Shown here one piece after another: positions 29,109 through 38,243 of a DNA stretch of 64,000 nt (positions are counted from its first letter, which is position 1; the number at the start of each line of letters is the position of its first letter). The notes under the pieces were generated by a model. That model did no database searches. It saw nothing but the letters and a program-made list of their open reading frames with translations, and had not been told where the DNA came from. The DNA comes from Gemmatimonadota bacterium (GTDB lineage Bacteria; Gemmatimonadota; Gemmatimonadetes; Gemmatimonadales; GWC2-71-9). Location: NCBI GenBank assembly GCA_036679605.1, contig JAZDCZ010000427.1, positions 20,653 through 84,652 on the forward strand, read 5' to 3'. The translations under genes and the position numbers were made by a program.

Positions 29109-31076
29109 ATGTGCGGAATAGTGGGATACCTGGGAAACAACGAGTCAACAGAACTCCTGATGCACGTCAGACGAGCCCTCCGAACGCTCGATCACAGAGG
29201 CCCAGACGACAGTGGCTTCGTAGTCTATGCGCCACGCGAGCGACGCGCGTATCTGATCGACAGGGACGACAACCGCAGTGCCATGAAGGAACCGTCAGAC
29301 GACGGGTTGCCGGCTCGCAATGTCGTGATAGGCCATAACCGCCTTGCCATAATGGACCCGACATCTGCCGGTCATCAGCCCATGCTCACACCCGATGGCC
29401 GTTATGTCCTACTCTACAACGGCGAGATCTACAACTACATCGAGTTGGGTAAGGAACTCGAGAACGCCGGATCTGTTTTTCGTTCCCGATGCGACACCGA
29501 AGTCCTGCTGCATGCATATGCGCGCTGGGGGAGCGGGTGTCTAACACGACTGGTGGGCATGTTTGCGTTCGCGGTCGTGGACACTAAGAAACAAAAGCTC
29601 TTCTTGGCGAGAGACTTCTTCGGAATGAAACCGCTGTACTACTCCACCCTGGAGGGGGACTTCGCGTTCGCGTCGGAAATCTCGGCACTGTTGGAATTGC
29701 CCAAGATCTCTCGCCGAGCCGATCCACAGGCCCTACTCGATTACATGGTTCGGGGAATGACCGATTTGGGTGCCAGTACAATGTTTGCCGACGTCAAGGC
29801 GCTTCCGGCCGCCCACTACGCGGAAGTCTCGCTCGCCGATCAAGAGACCATCAATCCTATTCGCTACTGGCAACCGAATCTCCACGACGAGCTGGAGATT
29901 TCCTTCGACGCCGCTGCTGCAAGACTGCGGGACATGTTTCTTGAAAGCGTGAGGCTTCACTTACGCAGTGATGCCCGAGTAGGGACTCTGTTGTCCGGGG
30001 GCATAGACTCGTCGGCGATCGTCATGGCCATGCGCGAGGTCGGGGGCGCCAACCTCGATATCGATACATTCAGCTACATAGGCGGCATCGGTGCAGTCAG
30101 CGAGGAACGCTGGATCGATTCCGTAAACGCCGCTGCGCGGGCCCGACCCCATAAGGTGTATCTCAAGCCAGACGACTGGTGGAATGACATCGGAGATCTA
30201 GTCGGGCTACAAGATGAACCCGTCGGCAGCGTCGCGATATACGTGCAAAACAGGGTGTTTCGCGCCGCCGCCGAGTCAGGGATTCGCGTAACGCTGGACG
30301 GACAGGGCGGTGACGAGCTACTGGCGGGATATCGACCGTTCTGGTCGGCACGGTTGGCGACACTTCTCAGAACGTTCAACTGGGGCTCCGCCAGGCAGTT
30401 CCTGAACAACCTATCACGATTCCGACAGCCCGGCGATCCACGAGCCAGCAGGATTACGGCGAGTGCGATTGCCTTGTTGGCGCCTGACAAGGCCACCGCG
30501 GCGATCAAGCAGTTGTTAGTGAAGCGCCGACATCCATGGTTGAATCATGAAGGAGTAAGTCTAGATGGGTTGATGGATCGCGCACACCGTCCCCCAGGCG
30601 TGGGCATTATGCGGCACGCGCTGTGGCGCTCGATTACTGAGGGAAGCCTGCCGCGATTGCTGCACTGGGAAGACCGCAATGCTATGGCGTACTCGGTAGA
30701 GGCTCGTCTGCCGTTTCTCACACGGCAGATCGCAGAGTTCTTGCTCGCGTTGCCGGAAAACTATCTCGTATCTCAAGACGGGATCAGCAAGGCCGTTTTC
30801 CGCGCCGCGATGAAGGATATCGTACCCGATGACGTTCTCGGACGTCGCGACAAGGTCGGGTTTTCGGTTCCGAACGCCTACTGGCTCACTCAACTCCCTG
30901 ACCTCGGAGCCCGCCTCGCTCTAGCTAGGGACATGGAGCTAGTTCAATCTTCCTGGCTGGATGCCACCCTGGAAACCTGCAAGGACGGAAAACTCGACTC
31001 TCGGAGAACATTCGTGCTGTGGCGTTTGCTGGGCCTGTCCGAGTGGACAAGGAAATTTGATGTAACGTTTGATTAG
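29109..31076 (+). CDS. asnB: Asparagine synthase (glutamine-hydrolysing)-like amidotransferase
   Basis: MCGIVG (Ntn Cys), HRGPD, NGEIYN, LSGGIDSS, DGQGGDE and EARLPF motifs. Confidence 0.9.
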   Translation: MCGIVGYLGNNESTELLMHVRRALRTLDHRGPDDSGFVVYAPRERRAYLIDRDDNRSAMKEPSDDGLPARNVVIGHNRLAIMDPTSAGHQPMLTPDGRYVLLYNGEIYNYIELGKELENAGSVFRSRCDTEVLLHAYARWGSGCLTRLVGMFAFAVVDTKKQKLFLARDFFGMKPLYYSTLEGDFAFASEISALLELPKISRRADPQALLDYMVRGMTDLGASTMFADVKALPAAHYAEVSLADQETINPIRYWQPNLHDELEISFDAAAARLRDMFLESVRLHLRSDARVGTLLSGGIDSSAIVMAMREVGGANLDIDTFSYIGGIGAVSEERWIDSVNAAARARPHKVYLKPDDWWNDIGDLVGLQDEPVGSVAIYVQNRVFRAAAESGIRVTLDGQGGDELLAGYRPFWSARLATLLRTFNWGSARQFLNNLSRFRQPGDPRASRITASAIALLAPDKATAAIKQLLVKRRHPWLNHEGVSLDGLMDRAHRPPGVGIMRHALWRSITEGSLPRLLHWEDRNAMAYSVEARLPFLTRQIAEFLLALPENYLVSQDGISKAVFRAAMKDIVPDDVLGRRDKVGFSVPNAYWLTQLPDLGARLALARDMELVQSSWLDATLETCKDGKLDSRRTFVLWRLLGLSEWTRKFDVTFD

Positions 31077-32008
31077 GCGGGGGCAACTGCGGGTTGGGCA
31101 CCGGAAGCTTGCCGACCGATGCCCAGCCTTGTGAGAAGCCAGTCCCAGTTGACGAAGACGAGGACCAACCATGTCTCGCCGACATGGACGTTCATCCCTA
31201 CGATTACCGCAATGTGAAACATGAGAGCCATTGGGATGAGAATCCAGCGGGCCTTTCGGCTGAACAAGACAAAGATGAAAGACCATTCAAACAATACGGT
31301 ACCAACACCTATCGCCAGGCACAAGAAGGGATGTTCCACAATCCAAAGTCCCAGGGCATGAAACCGTCCTTGGGTTGGGTCAACGTTGAACAGAAGAAAC
31401 CAGCGCCTGATATTCTCGGCTGAACTCCAGCTCAATCCTGTGGTTACGAGCTTGCCGTATGCTGAGAACAGATAGATCTGGGCCACGAAGAGTTGGATCA
31501 CTCGGAGAGGCCAACCGTATTGCCATGACGATAGGACGCCGCTTTGAGTGCGTTGCGACCTAGCCACCACTAGAGCGTCCCCACAGCGTGAGAAAGCCAA
31601 TACCAGCAGGCCAATCGGAGCCAAGGTCAGACCGCGCCCATAGGGCACAGCGCCCCACATTATTGTTTCGAGAGGTGCAAGGTGATAGATCAAGATACCA
31701 GCCAAAAAACACGACAGGCGAGGTAGAATCCCGAACAGGGCCGCGGAGAGCACGACAATCAAGATCGTCTGCAGGACCTCTTCAATAGCTGCATGTCCGG
31801 GGAATAGTAGGAATCTCCACTGCCGGCTCAGGGGCACGGTAGCCCAAAAATCCTGCAGCCCCGATACCGCGGCATAGTCACGTGACAAGATGATCCAGAG
31901 CGAGTGTGCCGCCAGCAGTATGCGCGCGGCAGCAAGGTTGCGAGCTACGTCCGGTGTGAACCATAGACTGTTCCAAATGCCCCTGATACCTTCTAACACT
32001 TGTATCAT
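31073..32008 (-). CDS. HTTM-domain (vitamin K-dependent carboxylase/SdpB-like) membrane protein
   Basis: LAAARI, multiple TM helices, QIYLFSAYGKL...W, FE...MFH motifs. Start reassigned to ATG 32008 (ATGA overlap). Confidence 0.75.
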   Translation of the reverse strand: MIQVLEGIRGIWNSLWFTPDVARNLAAARILLAAHSLWIILSRDYAAVSGLQDFWATVPLSRQWRFLLFPGHAAIEEVLQTILIVVLSAALFGILPRLSCFLAGILIYHLAPLETIMWGAVPYGRGLTLAPIGLLVLAFSRCGDALVVARSQRTQSGVLSSWQYGWPLRVIQLFVAQIYLFSAYGKLVTTGLSWSSAENIRRWFLLFNVDPTQGRFHALGLWIVEHPFLCLAIGVGTVLFEWSFIFVLFSRKARWILIPMALMFHIAVIVGMNVHVGETWLVLVFVNWDWLLTRLGIGRQASGAQPAVAPA

Positions 32009-32649
32009 TGAGGTTTCGAGTATTCGTAAAGTGGCACCAGTCGCATTGTGGACATGTCTTGGTACATTGCCTCCAGATCCCAAATACTTCGATACCACCT
32101 GACTGCAACAAAGCGATCTGCCGGCACATCATCTGGATTCAGCCACCCTGGCGGGTATATCATGTGCGCTGGTGCTACGAGCGGCCCAAGAAACCGACCT
32201 AGGTAGCCGGGTTCTTTTCCTTTCCGAACATTCTGGCGGGCCCGATTCATCTGTCTGAGGAAATACTCTCCGACCTTGCCTTGCTGTTCACGAGTAAGGC
32301 CCACAAAGTCTTGTAGCATCCATGTGCCGAGTTCGTGGGCGTTCAACGGCTCGAAGGCTCTGTAGTCTACCGGATACTCTTTGCCATCAGCCGTTACTCC
32401 GAAGGTACGCCAATCGGGCCAGCCTCCACCCGACTGGGTACGAGTAACGAGATCCCAGGATGAGAAGGGCCAGAGATTGATCCGAAGTACGGCGTTCCCA
32501 AAACTGATGACGACTACGTACACGAGAAGCAGCGTTATGAGTGCGCGCTGTCGGCGTTCGGACTTCACCTTACCAAGCAGGAACACAAGGGACCAACCCG
32601 CCACGATGAAGCCTCCAAACTCCACCGCAGCTACGATGTCAGTCATCAC
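32005..32649 (-). CDS. Membrane-anchored hypothetical protein, probable HTTM partner
   Basis: Two TM helices then LWPFSSW; translationally coupled to the HTTM gene. Confidence 0.65.
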   Translation of the reverse strand: MMTDIVAAVEFGGFIVAGWSLVFLLGKVKSERRQRALITLLLVYVVVISFGNAVLRINLWPFSSWDLVTRTQSGGGWPDWRTFGVTADGKEYPVDYRAFEPLNAHELGTWMLQDFVGLTREQQGKVGEYFLRQMNRARQNVRKGKEPGYLGRFLGPLVAPAHMIYPPGWLNPDDVPADRFVAVRWYRSIWDLEAMYQDMSTMRLVPLYEYSKPQ

Positions 32650-33556
32650 TCGGCAGCCTCACTTGGGCCTCCTTGCTGTTCGCCAGTCGGACGAAGCCGT
32701 CATGGCAACAGAGCTGCCACCCGTAACCGGTAGCATGAGCAATCCCGGGACGATCGTGAACAGAAGTTCGTTCGAACCCCATGACGGCTTTGTACCTGAT
32801 TCTCGACCCCCTCGAATCGACCAACGGTTCAGTGTAGCGAGGAAACAACCCCTTCATGAAGTGCCATACGCGTTCAACGTCCCAATGTGTAAAGTCGACC
32901 ATCGGCACGTTGGTTCCTACGCTCGGGGCGCAAGTCGCTAGAGTATCGTCCTGCACCCGCGCTTCGTTCATCAGACTATCCAGGTTTGCCACCACCCTTC
33001 TGACCAGGTCTCCACCGAGACGCGACAACTTCGCATACATCTCCTCTATCGGCTCTCCGCGACGAAGCTCCGTGCCCGCTTGGGCAAGGATCGGCCCGGC
33101 GTCGACACGCTCCGTGACCACGTGAACGGTGACCCCGGTAGTTCGATCATTGTGATAGTAGGTCCAGAAATATGGGTTCGGCCCACGGTGTCTGGGCAAC
33201 AGTGACGGATGCATGTTAATCACCCCTCGCCCAGACAGGGCGAGTAAGTTCGCCCCAAGAATCCAAGGGAATGTGGCGATACAGACCAAGTCCGGGCATT
33301 CGGATCGCATCATGCCGGCAACATGGGGATCGTTTCCAGATGAAGTTGTCACCGTTGGAACACGCGCTCGCTTGACCCATTCAGTGACGGGATCCTTCTT
33401 CAATAGACCGATTGTCCTAGCCGTACGCCCGACCGCCCGTCTCCAGAATGGACTCCGAGACCGTGGGCGTACCACAATCACATCATGCTCGGCCGCCACC
33501 GCCGTAAGCGGCAAAAGCCCCATCAATCCTCCCGACACGAAGAACACGACTTTCAT
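32639..33556 (-). CDS. Formyltransferase family protein (Fmt N-terminal domain-like)
   Basis: INMHPSLLPRHRGPNP and GVTVHVVTERVDAGPI motifs. Confidence 0.88.
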   Translation of the reverse strand: MKVVFFVSGGLMGLLPLTAVAAEHDVIVVRPRSRSPFWRRAVGRTARTIGLLKKDPVTEWVKRARVPTVTTSSGNDPHVAGMMRSECPDLVCIATFPWILGANLLALSGRGVINMHPSLLPRHRGPNPYFWTYYHNDRTTGVTVHVVTERVDAGPILAQAGTELRRGEPIEEMYAKLSRLGGDLVRRVVANLDSLMNEARVQDDTLATCAPSVGTNVPMVDFTHWDVERVWHFMKGLFPRYTEPLVDSRGSRIRYKAVMGFERTSVHDRPGIAHATGYGWQLCCHDGFVRLANSKEAQVRLPSDD

Positions 33557-33610
33557 CCTGTCCGTCTCGGGCCTTGACTACTCGGGGACCTTCGATGCAT
33601 TCGTAGGGTC

Positions 33611-34159
33611 ATGAAAGATCGGACGAAAGCACAGATAATTCCTCCGCCCCTACTGGAGAGCTTCGCAGATTTGTTACGAAATTCAGGTCGCACTGTCGAA
33701 TCTATCATGGTCGGCAGCAGCATGTCTCCCTCGATACCAAATGGCTCGCCCATCCGCATCAAATGTGGCCGCCCCCAGCAACTTAACATCGGCGGTGTAG
33801 TGGTCTACTTCAGGAATAGTCACCCCGTGACCGGTCATCGCGTTGTAGGCTGGGGGCGACGGAACCACGTTAAGGATCTCGTTGTGACCCGTGGTGACGG
33901 CAACCTGGTGTGCGATGTACCTACGCCCCGGAGTACGGTCCTAGGAGTGGTAACGGAGTTCTGTCTCGCCGGAGAATGGCATCCGGTGCCGACTTACCGA
34001 CGGGCGGGTCCAGTGCATAGGGCCATAGCAACCACACTCAAGGCTACGACTCTACTGGCTCTAGACGTCCATCCAAATCTTGGTAACTGGTTCGCCCTCA
34101 CAATGGTGCGGCTTGCCCACATCGCACGCCTATCACTCCAAAAGGTCGGCATCCGGTAG
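33611..34159 (+). CDS. S24/S26 family peptidase (Ser-His, SipW/ER-type-like)
   Basis: GSSMSPSI, GHRVV and TRGDGN motifs. Confidence 0.8.
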   Translation: MKDRTKAQIIPPPLLESFADLLRNSGRTVESIMVGSSMSPSIPNGSPIRIKCGRPQQLNIGGVVVYFRNSHPVTGHRVVGWGRRNHVKDLVVTRGDGNLVCDVPTPRSTVLGVVTEFCLAGEWHPVPTYRRAGPVHRAIATTLKATTLLALDVHPNLGNWFALTMVRLAHIARLSLQKVGIR

Positions 34160-34924
34160 TGACGCGGCTCGCCCCGCCGCCCTCGACCGCAACTCTTCTG
34201 ACATTCTCGCAGCGACTGCGATCTCCGCTCGATCAAATCCAGCCTCTCGTCTTTCGTCTTCGGCCACTGGGTACCGATTCATGTGGGCCCCCTTCTCGAA
34301 CACATACTCGAACGCGCTCACGGCCTCAGTGAGAGCACTGGCCATAGCAAGCACGTTCTTCGGATCCTTCCGAACCTGGGCCCGCACCCAGTGGTTGGCG
34401 AAGCCTACATGCAGTATTTCGTCGGCCTGTTGGGAGTCCATCATCTCTGCGAGCGCTTCGTCACCTTCTGCACGCGCCTCTGCGACCGCAAACGTGGCCG
34501 CATCCAACCCGTCGGCCTCGAAGGTCCTGTTCTCCACCGCCAACCGACCGATCAGCGTGTCTATCTTCTGCAAGATTCTGTACTGGAAGTTCAACACAGG
34601 ATAGTCGCCGACCTCCACACCGCGCTGCCGCATGATACGCAAGTACGCCAATACGTGCCGTGCCTCGTCCGAACATTGGCGCGCCAGGCTCTTTCGAACA
34701 TCCCAGTCGGCATCTGGAAAATCAACGATGCTCTTGGCGGCATTCTCCATCACATTTGCTTCTTCGTTCATTTGTCGATGAAAGAATTCCAAGCGGTATT
34801 CGTTACTACCAACCCGAAAACTTACCAATTCCTTCCAACGGTCCTTGACCTCGAACCTGGAATCGCGAGCTGGGTCGTCGGCAAGTATCGACTCCAAGAC
34901 CTGAGATCTGGGAGCGTCGGTCAT
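34133..34924 (-). CDS. Ferritin-like diiron protein (DUF455-like)
   Basis: HRQMNEE, DEARH, RTFEA and DEILH: two ExxH motifs in a four-helix bundle spacing. Confidence 0.82.
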   Translation of the reverse strand: MTDAPRSQVLESILADDPARDSRFEVKDRWKELVSFRVGSNEYRLEFFHRQMNEEANVMENAAKSIVDFPDADWDVRKSLARQCSDEARHVLAYLRIMRQRGVEVGDYPVLNFQYRILQKIDTLIGRLAVENRTFEADGLDAATFAVAEARAEGDEALAEMMDSQQADEILHVGFANHWVRAQVRKDPKNVLAMASALTEAVSAFEYVFEKGAHMNRYPVAEDERREAGFDRAEIAVAARMSEELRSRAAGRAASLPDADLLE

Positions 34925-35925
34925 TGTGATTCCTCGCTGTCTTGGTGTCCTCGTTCACCCTCGATCGCGGAAACCAGCGATTCATCCTCCTCCATCAACC
35001 GCTCCAATTGAGCGACGGCGGCCTCCGGGCTGCGCGAATCCAGATAATGGCACGGCACACTGGCAACCAAAGAAAGAATTGACATCAATTGTGGTCCCCG
35101 CCCGGCGCCCCACAGGCAACAAGCCAAGGGGGAAAACAAACGGACGTTCCGACGGATAGGACCTACGCTCTCCAACTTAGTCTGGTGCCCAAAGCGCCGT
35201 AAGCAAACGACTCGTCGCAGTGGCACTGGACGGGCACGCGCAGCGGGAAATAAGTCCGAAACACTTGCCCGTCGCCGCACACTACCGTCCGGAAACCGCT
35301 CAGTCCGGACCTCACAGCTCTCTAACGCCCGGCGAACCTCTGGTGCGGATGGGCCCGACCGCAGGGACACAGAGAGACGCATCGGCAGCAAAGTACTAGT
35401 GTCACCCCGAACGGCAGCCACCTCGTCCCCAAGAAAATCATGTCCGCGAGCCGCCAGTCCAAGAGACAAAGTCGTCTTGCCCGATCCCTTCGGTCCCGTG
35501 ATGAGGAGACCCTTGCCATGCACGCCCACCGACGCGGCATGGAGAAACAGCACATTGCGCTGGAGCGTCAGAACATGACTTACGGCAAGGTTCCGAACCA
35601 AGTCGCACCATTGTTGGCGACCGTCCGCAAGGACCTGGTTGCGGCAAAATCCGTAGCGCTCCGCCGTTCCACGCGCCAGGATTTGCCAGTCTCGGAGTCC
35701 AGAGCTTACCCACTCGTACCCTCTCCCCGAGAACAGGAACCCGGTGAGTGAAGCTAGATCCACTGGCTTGCCACTTTGGGAGGAAACAAGAATCAAATCG
35801 CCTTGCTCCGACGAACACAGAGTGTAGCTAACGATCGTTCCCTGTTTTCCTACGTGCGGACTGACCCGGCATTCCCTGTATAGTTGATCAAACTGCCTTC
35901 GGAATTCAATTTGACGAGCCCGCAA
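34921..35925 (-). CDS. HPr kinase-like P-loop kinase; start uncertain
   Basis: LFLHAASV, GPKGSGKTT (Walker A) and FLGDE motifs. The frame is open upstream of 35925 up to the precursor stop. Confidence 0.82.
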   Translation of the reverse strand: MRARQIEFRRQFDQLYRECRVSPHVGKQGTIVSYTLCSSEQGDLILVSSQSGKPVDLASLTGFLFSGRGYEWVSSGLRDWQILARGTAERYGFCRNQVLADGRQQWCDLVRNLAVSHVLTLQRNVLFLHAASVGVHGKGLLITGPKGSGKTTLSLGLAARGHDFLGDEVAAVRGDTSTLLPMRLSVSLRSGPSAPEVRRALESCEVRTERFPDGSVRRRASVSDLFPAARARPVPLRRVVCLRRFGHQTKLESVGPIRRNVRLFSPLACCLWGAGRGPQLMSILSLVASVPCHYLDSRSPEAAVAQLERLMEEDESLVSAIEGERGHQDSEESQ

Positions 35926-36102
35926 ACTTAGGAAGCCGTCACCGAGCCGATACCAGTGGGTATCGCCCGAAGGCGAGGACTCTAAGAGAGGAATGCGGGC
36001 AATGCTTGTGGCCAGCCAGTTACGATCGCTAGGTGACGCTGCAGGATCTCTAGCTGGTTCGTCGTGGCTCGACCTAGCTTCGCATCGGTGTAGGCTCGAA
36101 GC

Positions 36103-36225
36103 TCAGCCCGTCCACCAGGTCGCTGCGGCCACATGCACCTGGAATGCCGCCAGAATCTCCGACTCGTCCATCACCTGCAGTTTGGGGGGCTCATACTTGG
36201 GTTTGGGATTGTTCGTGGATTCCAT
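36103..36225 (-). CDS. Putative RiPP precursor peptide, 40 aa: MESTNNPKPKYEPPKLQVMDESEILAAFQVHVAAATWWTG
   Basis: Manual translation; GAGGT RBS upstream; YxxPxL RRE-binding leader motif; lies directly downstream of the PqqD/RRE gene. Confidence 0.85.
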   Translation of the reverse strand: MESTNNPKPKYEPPKLQVMDESEILAAFQVHVAAATWWTG

Positions 36226-36267
36226 ATAGTGACCTCACGGCTAGATGGTTACGGGTAACAAACAGTA

Positions 36268-36555
36268 TCACTGTGCCACGGCCGGCGCAACCATGCTCAG
36301 TTCGGTAAACTGCTGCATAGCAGCTTGCACATCGTGCTCGACCTTTTCTTCATCCGCACCCTCAAACCCGGTACAGATCTCCGTTACTATCTCGCTCTCC
36401 GTGCGGGGACTCTCCAACAAGTCCCACATGAAGGCGGCTGTAGGATTGAGTACACAAAACTTGTTGGTAGCGGAGTCGTAGAGCACTGTTTCGCCACGCA
36501 TCGGCGCCGCCTCTACAGTCGGGTTTCTCACGTATTGCGTCACTGCGTGCTCCAT
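36268..36555 (-). CDS. PqqD family RiPP recognition element (RRE)
   Basis: 95 aa; GETVLYD...FCVLNPTAAFMWDLL...EIVTEIC...VEHDVQAAMQQF. Confidence 0.92.
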   Translation of the reverse strand: MEHAVTQYVRNPTVEAAPMRGETVLYDSATNKFCVLNPTAAFMWDLLESPRTESEIVTEICTGFEGADEEKVEHDVQAAMQQFTELSMVAPAVAQ

Positions 36556-36621
36556 CCTCGAAAAAACGGTCTTCTCAGATAGCGCAGAAGCACGTCCATT
36601 GTCAAGCGCCTAGGAACTGGA

Positions 36622-37464
36622 TCACTCAGCTCGTCGCCACCTCCGCAACAGCCGAAACGGCGCCACTAACTGTCCCGCTAGCGACTCCGCCATCGTCACA
36701 TCCGATATGCCATAGGAATCCGGCCGTTCCCGCTCCTCCGCAGCTGTTCCGAACAGGAAATCCCAGACGCTGAACATCAAACCGAGGTTCTTGTTGTAGT
36801 ACCTGGCGTCCGGCGAGTGATGGATCGAGTGGAAGACCGGACTCACAACGACCCTGTAGAATGGTCCCAACCGCCAATCCAGCTCGGCGTGCTGCAATGC
36901 CTGGAGACCGGTCATAACAATCCATAGGGGCAGCCAGGTGGCCGTGGGAATCCCCAAGACCAGCACGAATATTATGAACGACACCAGATCCGTATACAGA
37001 AACTCCAATGGGTGACGGCGGTACTGAGTCAGTGTTGTGAGCCGCTCCTGAGAGTGGTGGATCGTGTGGAACGCCCAGAACCACTGATTCGCATGCTGTA
37101 GGCGGTGAATCCAATAGAGGATAAAGTCGAAACCGACTAAGTAGATGGCAAGTTGAACCGCAAGCGGCAACCCAGGGAGCAATTCGAGTTTCAGGAACTC
37201 CAAGTGGGGTTGCAGAGCGTTGGCAGTGGCAGCATAGACCAATTGAGTGTAAAGACCGCTGCGATAGAAGAGCGCGTATGCTGCATCCACAAGGAAGCCC
37301 CGAGTCGCATATCGCGCCGTTACTGTACCCTTCCGTCGTTCAAATAGGTAGACAATAAGAACGATGAGGCAAACCAGAACCGCACCACGCACAACCGACC
37401 GCCCCAACACACCGAGCTGAGTGGCTGCGACTAGTTGTTCTACGATTTCGATGATGTGCTCCAT
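36622..37464 (-). CDS. Sterol desaturase/fatty acid hydroxylase family membrane diiron enzyme
   Basis: His boxes YWIHRLQH, FHTIHHS, QHAE and FHSIHHS; N-x-G...WDFLFGT. Confidence 0.9.
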   Translation of the reverse strand: MEHIIEIVEQLVAATQLGVLGRSVVRGAVLVCLIVLIVYLFERRKGTVTARYATRGFLVDAAYALFYRSGLYTQLVYAATANALQPHLEFLKLELLPGLPLAVQLAIYLVGFDFILYWIHRLQHANQWFWAFHTIHHSQERLTTLTQYRRHPLEFLYTDLVSFIIFVLVLGIPTATWLPLWIVMTGLQALQHAELDWRLGPFYRVVVSPVFHSIHHSPDARYYNKNLGLMFSVWDFLFGTAAEERERPDSYGISDVTMAESLAGQLVAPFRLLRRWRRAE

Positions 37465-37679
37465 TTATGAAGATCAATCCCTAGTTGCCATCATACACAT
37501 TCTTCACAGTTGCCGCGAGAGAAGGCCCTATCTTACTTCTTCAAGATCAGTCTAGTAAACTTGAGTCTGGTCGAGCCGCGATGCCGTTCTCGCAAGCCAT
37601 TTATGGAAGATCACTAGCGGCTCGACTCGGTGGTTCCATCTGCGGCACCACCGATCATCCGAGCACTCCGGGAGGCCCA

Positions 37680-38243
37680 ATGGGATTATCCGTCCGTGAA
37701 CGCGCCGACGTGGTTGCCACGTTTCGGTTCATCTCGGTCTACTTGATGGAAACACTGGCGCGGTGGGTACCCACCACACCAGAACTCGAGGTCAAGGTGT
37801 TGTTTGGCCGACACCTGTGGGATCTGGCTCAACACGCAGACGCGTTCGGCAAGCGAACCGCCGAATTGCGCCTAGCAGTACAGGCTTCGCGGGAACCGAC
37901 AACTCAATTTATGAAGGTTCTCAAGGAATTCGCGCAGGTTGGCGATACGGCCGAGCGGGTCGATGGGTTCTACGCCGGAGTCATGCCGGGACTGGAAGTG
38001 GTGTACCGCAACTTCCTGGATACGACTGACCCGATCATGGACGAGCCGACTGTCCGGATTGTCGAGCGGGTTCTTATAGACTTTACACGAATGCGAGACG
38101 ACCGCGAGAAGCTGCGAACCGAGCAACCGGAGATCGCGCTGACTGAAAACCAATGGGTGAGCAAACTCTCAGAGGCTGGCGGCAGCTTTCGCGACATCGT
38201 CGATTTTCGGCCGGCACCGCAGACACCCGCCACAGTCTCATGA
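37680..38243 (+). CDS. Degenerate ferritin-like protein
   Basis: GGAGG RBS before ATG 37680; helical, HLWDLAQHAD in place of DExxH; ATGA overlap with the next gene. Confidence 0.65.
   Translation: MGLSVRERADVVATFRFISVYLMETLARWVPTTPELEVKVLFGRHLWDLAQHADAFGKRTAELRLAVQASREPTTQFMKVLKEFAQVGDTAERVDGFYAGVMPGLEVVYRNFLDTTDPIMDEPTVRIVERVLIDFTRMRDDREKLRTEQPEIALTENQWVSKLSEAGGSFRDIVDFRPAPQTPATVS

Noticed and set aside
29109..33556. Exopolysaccharide/LPS modification locus (AsnB plus formyltransferase)
   Set aside because: No glycosyltransferase, flippase or sugar-nucleotide enzymes in the region; disfavoured but not fully excluded.
36065..36105. SECIS element and selenocysteine at the precursor UGA
   Set aside because: There is no redox motif context and no sel genes in the window, and I cannot match the hairpin to a SECIS consensus. 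An ordinary stop is simpler.
36268..36555. PQQ biosynthesis (pqqD)
   Set aside because: No pqqB/C/E, and no ExxxY PqqA core in the adjacent peptide.
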